Source: a candidate division WWE3 bacterium
GTDB taxonomy: Bacteria; Patescibacteriota; WWE3; UBA101185; UBA10185
Length of the DNA: 64,000 nt
NCBI GenBank assembly: GCA_014729135.1
Contig: WJKK01000001.1
Location: forward strand, 128,593 to 192,592
Reading direction: 5' to 3'
Shown: one piece after another, positions 56,505 through 64,000 of the stretch
How positions within the stretch are numbered: position 1 is the stretch's first letter
Layout: the number at the start of each line of letters is the position of its first letter
Translations under genes and position numbers: made by a program
Notes under the pieces: generated by a model
Told to the model about the DNA's origin: nothing
Seen by the model: only the letters and a program-made list of their open reading frames with translations
The model's database searches: none

Positions 56505-56873
56505 ATGAGTAATCGACAAAGTTTAGAAAATGTTTCTTGCTACAATTGCGGAGCCACTTTAAAAAAGGGGCAGCTGGTAATTGTATCTGAAACTCCACTT
56601 GCCCTTGTTGCTCATGCCGTCTGCTACCAATGCGGTGCTCAAAGCATGTTAACAATGACACCTTCCGGTGTGGGTAGCGTGCCAATGGTTTCAGATTTGG
56701 AAGCAAGTGAAATAAAAAGATTTTTAGAAATGGATCTAATTTCTTATGATGAGATTTTAGACCTCCATAAGGAACTGAAAGGAACAAATATATGCAGCTT
56801 ATTGCAGAAAAACGAGAACAATTTGGAAAAAAAGCAAAAAGGATTAGGCAAGATAGAAAAGTCCCGGCAGTAA
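56505..56873 (+). CDS. hypothetical zinc-ribbon protein (uncertain)
   Basis: 122 aa with two Cys pairs, CYNCG...CYQCG. Overlaps the annotated start of the L25 gene. Confidence 0.3.
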   Translation: MSNRQSLENVSCYNCGATLKKGQLVIVSETPLALVAHAVCYQCGAQSMLTMTPSGVGSVPMVSDLEASEIKRFLEMDLISYDEILDLHKELKGTNICSLLQKNENNLEKKQKGLGKIEKSRQ

Positions 56874-57517
56874 TTTTTGGGCCGGATATAGATTCAATCC
56901 CTATTACAATAGACAATAATGAGTTTGTGCGAATTTATCGTGAGGCCGGTGAAACTACTTTGGTTGATATTGCGGTTGAAGGTGTTAAAGAGCCCTACAA
57001 GGTTTTGATAAAGGAGCTTCAGTTGAATCCGGTTAATTACAGTGTTTTGCATGCAAGTTTTTACAAGGTGAATCTAAAGGAGAAAACTACCGCCGACATT
57101 CCTGTTGTTATTGAGGGTGATCAGGAGATTGATTTGGTAAAGAAGGGAGAAGCTTTGGTTTTGACGCAGCTTAATGAGATTACGGTTTCTGCTTTACCTA
57201 TGAATTTGCCTCGTGAGTTTGTTTTGGATGTTTCGGGCTTTGAGGAGATTGGCGATAGCTTGACGGTTGCTGATTTGGAGTTTGACGAGGATAAAGTGGA
57301 GGTTGTGGAGCACGGTACTGAAGATATTGTTGCTGTTTTGGATTATGCAACTATTGAGGAGGAGGAAGAGGAGGAGGCATTGACCGAGGAGGAGCTTATT
57401 GAGGGTCTTGAGGCTACTGAGGAGCGTGAGGAGGGCGAGGAAGGCGCTGTTGAGGGAGGAGAAGGAGCTGCTGCAAGCGAGGATGCTCCCGCCGATTCTG
57501 AGTCAAGCGCCGAGTAA
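56792..57517 (+). CDS. rplY: 50S ribosomal protein L25 / general stress protein Ctc with acidic C-terminal tail
   Basis: L25/Ctc N-terminal beta-barrel pattern (AEKREQFGKKAKRIRQDRKVPAVIFG...) and a poly-Glu C-terminal extension. Confidence 0.8.
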   Translation: MQLIAEKREQFGKKAKRIRQDRKVPAVIFGPDIDSIPITIDNNEFVRIYREAGETTLVDIAVEGVKEPYKVLIKELQLNPVNYSVLHASFYKVNLKEKTTADIPVVIEGDQEIDLVKKGEALVLTQLNEITVSALPMNLPREFVLDVSGFEEIGDSLTVADLEFDEDKVEVVEHGTEDIVAVLDYATIEEEEEEEALTEEELIEGLEATEEREEGEEGAVEGGEGAAASEDAPADSESSAE

Positions 57518-57604
57518 TATAGCTTTCAGGCTGTTGCATTCTGCATTTCAAAAAAATTGCAACTTTTTTGTTATTCTGACTGTGTCTTTTGGTATCTCGA
57601 TTTC

Positions 57605-57630
57605 GTCATCCTGAACTTGATTCAGGATCT
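57605..57630. terminator. ATCCTGA-family hairpin between convergent rplY and valS
   Basis: GTC-ATCCTGAA-CTTGA-TTCAGGAT-CT. Lies between two convergent genes, so it is a candidate bidirectional terminator. Confidence 0.4.
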
Positions 57631-57638
57631 TACCCACT

Positions 57639-59909
57639 TTATACCTTTGGCCATTGAGAAATCATCAAAGGCACTTCATCTTCTGTTATCTCCTGCCAAA
57701 TCTTCTCTGTTGCAAAAGGCATAAAAGGATGGAGCAACTTCAAACAAGTTTTGTAAGCGTGGTCCAAAACACTTAAAGCAACCTTCTTATCCTTGCGATC
57801 CTTAACTGTTTCAATGTACTCGTCTGCCAAAGTGTGCCACATAAAGTGATAAACTTCATTTCCCGCATCTGCAAACCGGTACTTTTCAAGCTCTTCATTT
57901 ACTTTTGTTACAGTTTTTTCGAGCTCCTTCAGCAGGTCTTTATCCTCTTTTTGCAAGGCTAACTTGTAATTTTCCGGATTATACAAAGGAACTTTCTCCC
58001 CAAAATCCTCCTTCATCAGCTCCATAAATCGCGCCATATTCCAGATTTTATTAGCAAAGTTTCTATAACCTCTAACCTTATCTTCGCTTAGCGCTGTTTG
58101 CTTTGCTGCTGTATTTCCTCCTACAACCAAGCCCATCCTTAAAGCATCTGCTCCATATTCTTCAATAAATTCCATAGGATTAATTACGTTGCCCTTGCTC
58201 TTACTCATCTTTTTGCCCTTCTCATCAGTAATTGCCCCATGAATATATACATTTTTAAAAGGGATTTGATCTGTAAGATATAAGCTAAACATGATCATTC
58301 GGGCAATCCAGAAGAAAAGAATGTCCCACATGCTATCCATAAAATCCGTTGGGAAGAACTCCTTAAAGTCCTTGTTGTTTGGATATTTTAGAGTAGTTAA
58401 AGGCCATTGTCCCGAGCTAAACCAAGTGTCAAAAGTATCCGTTTCTTGTATGTACTTTTCTCCGGGGGGGTTTCTGGAAACTTCATATTCTGCGCCTATC
58501 GGGGCTATAAGCTTTTGAAGGCCCTCCTTAATATCTGCTAAATCGTGGTTTTTCAGCAGATTTTCAATTTTCCCGTCATGAGAAACTCCTTTTTGATCAA
58601 TAAAAGTGACGTGTAGATCGGGATTTTTTTCTATGTCATACCAAACCGGAATTTTAATTCCAAAAACAATCTGTCTGCTTATAGGCCAGTCGTAGATTTC
58701 ATTTAGCCATCGCAAAATTTCTTTTTTCCATAAAGGACGGTTAAACTTTACTTCTTCCTTCTTAATGACTTTTTTAGCTTCCTCTGCTAATCCTTCCATT
58801 TTAATAAACCAATTTGGCAATGGAAGAGGTTCAATTTCACGTTTATCCTTATAGTCAGCGAGTAGACTGTGTTTATATTTCTCGTCCACCTTTACTAAGG
58901 CCCCCTTGTCTTCTAGAATTTCCGCTACCTTTTTACGTGCCGGTTTAGGATACATTCCCGAAACATCCACGGCATCCTTAGTCATCTTGCCTTCCAAATC
59001 AATCACAGTAATTATTGGTAAGTTATGCTTTTGCCCTATTTCATAGTCATTAAAATCATGTCCCGGAGTTATTTTTAACGCTCCCGTTCCAAATTCCGGA
59101 TCTACATATGAATCTTCAATTATCTCCAGCTCTTTTCCATTTAGGGGGTTAATGGCAACCTTTCCAACCATTTTCCCGTAACGGGAATCGTCGGGATTAA
59201 CTGCAATAGCAACATCTGCATAAATAGTTTCCGGGCGTACTGTAGCTACAGTTATAATTTCCTCCGAATCTTTTAGAGCATACTTTACGTAATACAAAGG
59301 GGAAACACTTTCCTTGTGCGTCGTTTCCAGGTTACTAAAAGTAGTGCCATGAAAAGTGGAGTAATTAACCATGTAAGTATCTCTGTAAACAAGGCCGTCC
59401 TCATGCATTTTTTCAAAAGTGTTGTAAACCGTGTCAATAACGTGATCATCGAGCATAAAAGTTAAGCGCTCCCAGTCAGCACTCATTCCTAGCTTTTTTA
59501 GTTGGTCTGTAGCCATTTGGGAATTTTCTTTTACAAAATTTAAAACCTTCTCATAAAGAGTATCGCGGTCAAAATCGAAACGTGATTTTCCTTGCTCTTT
59601 AAGTTTTCGCTCATACACTACCTGAGTTTCAAAACCTGCATGATCTGTTCCCGGAAGATACAAAGTTTTAAATCCTTGCATTCTTTTTATTCGCGCCATT
59701 ATGTCCTGAATTGCATATGTAGCATGCCCGCAATGGAGGGGAGCGTTTGCATTGGGAGGAGGCATTAGGACGCTAAAGGTATCGTTTTTGTTTTCCAATT
59801 CGGCTTTTTCTCTAGCTTTATAACTTTTTTCAGGGGAGAATAAATCTAAACTTTCCCAATAGGCATAGATTTCATTTTCTGAATTTTTATGGTTGTAGGT
59901 TTTATCCAT
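57639..59909 (-). CDS. valS: valyl-tRNA synthetase (compact form)
   Basis: PPPNANAPLHCGHA (ValRS-type HIGH region), GTDHAGFETQ, KMSKSKGNVI, and an editing-domain insertion. 756 aa. Confidence 0.8.
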   Translation of the reverse strand: MDKTYNHKNSENEIYAYWESLDLFSPEKSYKAREKAELENKNDTFSVLMPPPNANAPLHCGHATYAIQDIMARIKRMQGFKTLYLPGTDHAGFETQVVYERKLKEQGKSRFDFDRDTLYEKVLNFVKENSQMATDQLKKLGMSADWERLTFMLDDHVIDTVYNTFEKMHEDGLVYRDTYMVNYSTFHGTTFSNLETTHKESVSPLYYVKYALKDSEEIITVATVRPETIYADVAIAVNPDDSRYGKMVGKVAINPLNGKELEIIEDSYVDPEFGTGALKITPGHDFNDYEIGQKHNLPIITVIDLEGKMTKDAVDVSGMYPKPARKKVAEILEDKGALVKVDEKYKHSLLADYKDKREIEPLPLPNWFIKMEGLAEEAKKVIKKEEVKFNRPLWKKEILRWLNEIYDWPISRQIVFGIKIPVWYDIEKNPDLHVTFIDQKGVSHDGKIENLLKNHDLADIKEGLQKLIAPIGAEYEVSRNPPGEKYIQETDTFDTWFSSGQWPLTTLKYPNNKDFKEFFPTDFMDSMWDILFFWIARMIMFSLYLTDQIPFKNVYIHGAITDEKGKKMSKSKGNVINPMEFIEEYGADALRMGLVVGGNTAAKQTALSEDKVRGYRNFANKIWNMARFMELMKEDFGEKVPLYNPENYKLALQKEDKDLLKELEKTVTKVNEELEKYRFADAGNEVYHFMWHTLADEYIETVKDRKDKKVALSVLDHAYKTCLKLLHPFMPFATEKIWQEITEDEVPLMISQWPKV

Positions 59910-60185
59910 TTTTTGCTTTCTTTAACTTTCTTTTTAAGGGGATTTATGTCTGTAATGCAAATAAAAATACCCCTCAATTTTTTACTTGAGAGGTTCCTGT
60001 TTTAGGAAGGTACCAACCTTCTCCATACTTAATTTAGTGCTGTAACGGGCTTTCCCGGCAGGTTCTAGTTTCGCTTTTGTTCTAGTGCGTTCAGCAACTA
60101 GAAAAGCGATTTCTTCCTGCAACTTGTTTGGTGACATTACCTCCAAACTTTTCGTTGTTGTGAGGATTATAGCACAAACCTGGTT

Positions 60186-61013
60186 TTATTCCCCTTCCAA
60201 ACGCTTAACCGCTCCTACCACCAAAAAACTAGGAAACTCCTTCTTAAACTCCAGATACTCCTTATCATCCAACTCATCCGCACGAACATGCTCCCTACTA
60301 ATCTCGCGAAAATCCGTAATCTCAAACTTATGCTCCGTTAACCTCTCCACATAAAACTGCAAAGGCCTATGATAAGACATAATCCCCTCCTCACCATACA
60401 ATTTATTTGGAATTTCCATCACCTTTCTGTAATTTTCAAGGCGCAAATAATAGTTGTCCTTTTCCTTAACGGTTTTTGCCATGTGGGTCCACGGATGGGG
60501 AATGGAGAAAACAAGTTTGCCTCCAATTTGGATGACTCGGGCAATTTCCGCCATTACTTCGGAGAGCTCTTTGATGTCGTGGAAGGCCATGTTAACAACG
60601 ACTGCATCGAACTGGTTGGATTTTACGTTTGTAAGATCTGCCGCATTTCGGGCAATAAACTTGATTTTGTTTTGCTCTACTTTTTCGGCGAAGTTTTCCT
60701 TGGCCATTTCTATAAGCTTTTCGGAGATGTCTACTCCCAGGACGTGCGCGCCTTTGTCTGCGAGGATTTTAGAAAAGTAGCCTTGCCCGCAAGCTAGATC
60801 CATTATGTTTTTGTTTTGGAGGTTTCCAAGGATTTCCAGGATTACGGGGTTGATATAGGTTTTGTGGTTGAAGTCCCCTGTTTCGCCTATGAGGTTGTTG
60901 TAGTCGTCAGCAACGCGATCCCAGTTTGTGGTTTTGTCTGAGTTGGAGTTTTGGGGAGTGCTTTTGGTTTTATCTTTGCGTTTAGGCAGGTTAAACATGG
61001 TTCTATTATACAT
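60186..61013 (-). CDS. class I SAM-dependent methyltransferase
   Basis: Motif I IMDLACGQGYFS. Post-I acidic residue in HVLGVDISE. Motif in DAVVVNMAFHD. Confidence 0.8.
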   Translation of the reverse strand: MYNRTMFNLPKRKDKTKSTPQNSNSDKTTNWDRVADDYNNLIGETGDFNHKTYINPVILEILGNLQNKNIMDLACGQGYFSKILADKGAHVLGVDISEKLIEMAKENFAEKVEQNKIKFIARNAADLTNVKSNQFDAVVVNMAFHDIKELSEVMAEIARVIQIGGKLVFSIPHPWTHMAKTVKEKDNYYLRLENYRKVMEIPNKLYGEEGIMSYHRPLQFYVERLTEHKFEITDFREISREHVRADELDDKEYLEFKKEFPSFLVVGAVKRLEGE

Positions 61014-61209
61014 ATTTTTAAAAAAGGGACAGCTAGAAAAGAGATACTCCTCTTAAAGGAATGTCAAGCGTAGCGAAGCTACCTTGACTTCTTAGGTAAA
61101 TGAGAGCGAAGCGATCATTTAGCTATGCTGTCCCTTATAAGTTGGGAACTTGACAAAAAAGTTAAAGAGTATATAATGAATACGTATTCGGAATAAGAAA
61201 TGTATTATT

Positions 61210-61527
61210 TTGTTGAACTTCTCAAAGGAGGTGTATAAAATGCCTTATTTTGATGGAACCGGTCCTTTAGGACAAGGCCCTTTAACCGGTAGAGGTATGG
61301 GTCCTTGCGGTGGTGGTTTTGGCTTCGGAAGAGGTCGAGGTTACGGCTATGGCAGAGGCTGCGGCCGAGGAAGAGGTTTAGGTCGTTTTTTCGGAAATGG
61401 CTTTGGTTTCTTTGGCAACGCCCGTCCCTTAACTCGCTCCGAGGAAAAAGAAGCCTTAGAGGACTACAAAAAAGATCTTCAAGATGAAATTTCCGCTGTA
61501 GAAGAGGAAATAAACAATCTTGAATAA
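61210..61527 (+). CDS. Gly/Arg-rich small protein, DUF5320-like
   Basis: MPYFDGTGPLGQGPLTGRGMGPCGGG... followed by a coiled C-terminus. Confidence 0.45.
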   Translation: MLNFSKEVYKMPYFDGTGPLGQGPLTGRGMGPCGGGFGFGRGRGYGYGRGCGRGRGLGRFFGNGFGFFGNARPLTRSEEKEALEDYKKDLQDEISAVEEEINNLE

Positions 61528-61693
61528 AACTACTTAAGGACAGTTTTTGCTTGTGTCTAGTTTTGCTCCCGGGTGCCTGTTGTTTGCTAAAAATTAGAGA
61601 GCTGTCCTTTTGGTAGTCGTGCTTACAGAGTGTTTTATTTAAAACTCCTCTTTAAGATTGCCGTAGAAATCAAAATAATTAAAGTGTTATCAT

Positions 61694-61981
61694 TTGCTTA
61701 TGCCAAGACCTAGAAGACCAAGACATATAAAATTTAATCCCAATATAACTTATTTTAAGCCTAGGGGAGTCCCCATGCGTGCCTTAAATGAGGTGGTTTT
61801 GCGTGCTGATGAAGTAGAGGCTTTACGCTTGTATGAACTTAAAGAGCTGTCTCAAACGGAGGCAGCTAAACAAATGAAAATTTCTCAGCCTACTTTTGCG
61901 CGGATTTTAGGAAAAGCTAATAAGAAGGTGGCGCGTGCTTTAATAAAGGGGTATGCCATTCGCCTGGAATCTCAGCAGTAG
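61694..61981 (+). CDS. DUF134 (UPF0251) family predicted DNA-binding protein
   Basis: MPRPRRPR...ITYFKPRGVPMRALNEVVLRADEVEALRLYELKELSQTEAAKQMKISQPTFARIL matches the DUF134 pattern, including the sigma-70 region-4-like HTH. Confidence 0.6.
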   Translation: MLMPRPRRPRHIKFNPNITYFKPRGVPMRALNEVVLRADEVEALRLYELKELSQTEAAKQMKISQPTFARILGKANKKVARALIKGYAIRLESQQ

Positions 61982-62042
61982 GAATTATTAAAGCCTTTAA
62001 ACAAGGGTTTTTAGAATTTCCCGTAACGGGAATAGCTTTGGT

Positions 62043-63947
62043 TTATTCTTTAATAACAGCTTCAAACTCATCGCCTGTAAGCGTCTCTTTTTCCAGTAAC
62101 TTTTCTGCCAACTTTTTCATCGATTCTTTTTTAGACTTCAAAATTTCCTTAGCCGCGTTATAAGCGCCCTCCACAATTGCCTTAATTTCAGCGTCAATCT
62201 TAGAAGCCGTTTGCTCACTTTGCTTATGATATTCACCCATTTGACGTGCTAACCACATCTTTTCCTCATCGTGTCCATTAAACGCAATAGGCCCCAAAGA
62301 GCTCATCCCATATTCTGTCACCATTTTTCGGGCAATTTTAGTAGCCCTTTCAATATCATCAGCAGCGCCACTTGTAAATTCGTCAAAAAACACTTCCTCT
62401 GCTGCGCGACCTCCTAGCATAGTTGCCAGCATAGATTCCAACCGGGTTTTAGTCTCCTTATAGCGATCCCTCTCAGGTGGAAAACTAGTATGCCCCAAAG
62501 AACTTCCCCGAGCAGTAATTGAAATCCTTTGAACCTTATCCATTTCGGGTAAATTTGCTGCCACTACGGCATGTCCTGCTTCATGATAAGCTGTAATTTC
62601 CCGCTCCTTTTTTGATTGCAAAGTCTTTTTCTCCGGTCCCAAAGTAACCTTCAAAGCTGCCTCTTCCAAATCCTTCTCGTCAATCTTCTTTTTATCCTCA
62701 CGTGCCGCCAAAATAGCCGACTCATTAAGCATATTCTCAATGTCCGCTCCACTAAAGCCCACAGTCTTTTTTGCCAGACCCTCCAGATTTACATCCTTTG
62801 CCAAAGGCTTTTCCTTAACATGAATCTGAATAATCTTTTTTCTATCCTCTAAATCGGGGAGTGAAATGGAGATTCTACGGTCAAATCGTCCCGCCCTTAC
62901 CAAAGCAGGATCCAGCATGTCCGGCCGATTAGTAGCTGCAATAACAATCACGTTAGTTCTGGGATCAAAGCCATCCATCTCAGTTAAAATCTGGTTTAAA
63001 GTCTGCTCTCTTTCGTCGTGGCCACCCCCAATTCCCATCCCTCTCTGACGGCCAATAGCATCAATTTCATCTATAAAAATCAAACTAGGTTGACTTGCTT
63101 TAGCCATTTTAAACAAGTCACGAACACGTGCGGATCCCACACCTACAAGCATCTCCATGAACTCACTACCTGCCACGCTATAAAAAGGAACTTCGGCCTC
63201 ACCTGCAATAGCTTTTGCCATCAAGGTTTTACCTACACCTGCAGGGCCAACAAGCAAAATCCCTTTAGGAATTCTTGCCCCCAACTTTCGATATTTCTCA
63301 GGATGCTGCAAAAAGTCCACTATTTCCTTAACCTCTTTTTTTGCCTCTTCGTTTCCTGCCACATCATCAAAAGTGGTCTCCTCTTTGCCTTTCTTAAAAA
63401 GCTTAGCCTTAGATTTTCCAAAAGACAGCATATCCCCGCCGGCGTTTTTCATCTTGTTTATAAAAAATAGTAAAAAGGCAATGGGTAACAGCACCGAAAG
63501 AGCTGTAGGTAAGATATTTTCCCATAAAACCGGATGTTCTACTTCATATTCCCCCGGAATTTTAGATAGAGAAACTTCGTTGTCCTTTAAGATTTCCTGA
63601 AAGCTTACATCAGATTCTTTTTCCGTAATTATTTGAGTCCCATTTTTTAGCTGCACTTCAATGGAGTTGCCCGTTACCGTTACGTTTTGAACTTTTTCCT
63701 CTTGTACTAAGCGGATTACTTCGTTTAAGGGTTTTTCCTCTTTGGTCATGGTTTCCAAGTTGTCGGTTCCAAAGATTAGCCAAGCTATAACCAAAAGGCC
63801 TAAATAAAAGAAGATGTTTTTGTAAAAGGGTACTTTTTTCTCGGGAGGAGTTTGCAGTTTTTCTTTAATCCCTTTTATATCGAGGTTTCTGGTCTCTTTT
63901 TTATTTTGCGTTGTTTCTTTTGTTTTTTTCTTGTTTTTTTTTGTCAT
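62043..63947 (-). CDS. ftsH: ATP-dependent zinc metalloprotease FtsH
   Basis: N-terminal TM pair. Walker A GPAGVGKT. Second region of homology. HEAGHAVV zinc-binding motif. Confidence 0.9.
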   Translation of the reverse strand: MTKKNKKKTKETTQNKKETRNLDIKGIKEKLQTPPEKKVPFYKNIFFYLGLLVIAWLIFGTDNLETMTKEEKPLNEVIRLVQEEKVQNVTVTGNSIEVQLKNGTQIITEKESDVSFQEILKDNEVSLSKIPGEYEVEHPVLWENILPTALSVLLPIAFLLFFINKMKNAGGDMLSFGKSKAKLFKKGKEETTFDDVAGNEEAKKEVKEIVDFLQHPEKYRKLGARIPKGILLVGPAGVGKTLMAKAIAGEAEVPFYSVAGSEFMEMLVGVGSARVRDLFKMAKASQPSLIFIDEIDAIGRQRGMGIGGGHDEREQTLNQILTEMDGFDPRTNVIVIAATNRPDMLDPALVRAGRFDRRISISLPDLEDRKKIIQIHVKEKPLAKDVNLEGLAKKTVGFSGADIENMLNESAILAAREDKKKIDEKDLEEAALKVTLGPEKKTLQSKKEREITAYHEAGHAVVAANLPEMDKVQRISITARGSSLGHTSFPPERDRYKETKTRLESMLATMLGGRAAEEVFFDEFTSGAADDIERATKIARKMVTEYGMSSLGPIAFNGHDEEKMWLARQMGEYHKQSEQTASKIDAEIKAIVEGAYNAAKEILKSKKESMKKLAEKLLEKETLTGDEFEAVIKE

Positions 63948-63965
63948 AAATTTAGATGTAGTTTC

Positions 63966-63978
63966 AAGGATTATCCTT
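63966..63978. promoter_or_regulatory. single copy of the AAGGATNATCCTT palindrome 19 bp upstream of the ftsH start
   Basis: aaggattatcctt at 63966-63978. Further copies may lie beyond the window end. Confidence 0.35.
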
Positions 63979-64000
63979 GGGCATTTTTCCCTCCGCGCTA

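Noticed and set aside
1-64000. CRISPR arrays or cas genes
   Set aside because: No regularly spaced direct repeats with unique spacers were seen. The repetitive DNA present consists of inverted-repeat hairpins and palindromes, not CRISPR-like direct repeats.

Overview
This low-GC (about 38-40%) bacterial window uses the standard genetic code and has a compact, Gram-positive/CPR-like gene set. It covers the replication origin neighbourhood, a dense cluster of stable-RNA genes, mobile and accessory DNA, part of a glycolytic operon, an unusual envelope gene cluster, and a block of housekeeping genes.

- **Origin region:** dnaA is flanked on both sides by DnaA boxes. It is followed by rpmH-rnpA-yidD-yidC-jag and then dnaN-dnaG-rpoD.
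- **Stable RNAs:** smpB is followed by tmRNA. The tRNAs are Ser-GCU, Arg-GCG, Ala-CGC, Ser-GGA, an elongator Met-CAU and the initiator fMet. Each is followed by an array of near-perfect hairpin modules.
- **Mobile and accessory DNA:** a Panacea/Fic pair and a VapBC pair sit just downstream of tmRNA. A roughly 1.35 kb IS element with about 30 bp terminal inverted repeats lies between tRNA-Arg and tRNA-Ala. A tyrosine recombinase with two hypothetical cargo genes lies next to tRNA-Ala.
- **Glycolysis:** the pgk-tpiA operon contains an inserted ferredoxin gene and a miniaturised aldehyde-ferredoxin-oxidoreductase-like gene.
- **Envelope cluster (18.8-27.9 kb):**
  - a VirB6/TrbL-like polytopic protein
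  - a 1078-aa protein with a C-terminal M23 peptidase domain
  - four tandem paralogous two-TM mini-proteins resembling VirB2/TrbC pilins
  - a SpoIID/LytB-like protein
- **Housekeeping:** metG, comFC, tsaD, a 5'-3' exonuclease, murT/gatD, pgi, mutS, rplY, valS and ftsH.

The most unusual non-genic signals are:
- modular hairpin forests with covarying stems at the 3' ends of stable-RNA genes
- a 13-bp palindrome (AAGGATNATCCTT) in triplets with exact 64-bp phasing at two loci, plus one copy upstream of ftsH
- a GC-rich structured leader with a 20-bp perfect palindrome upstream of metG
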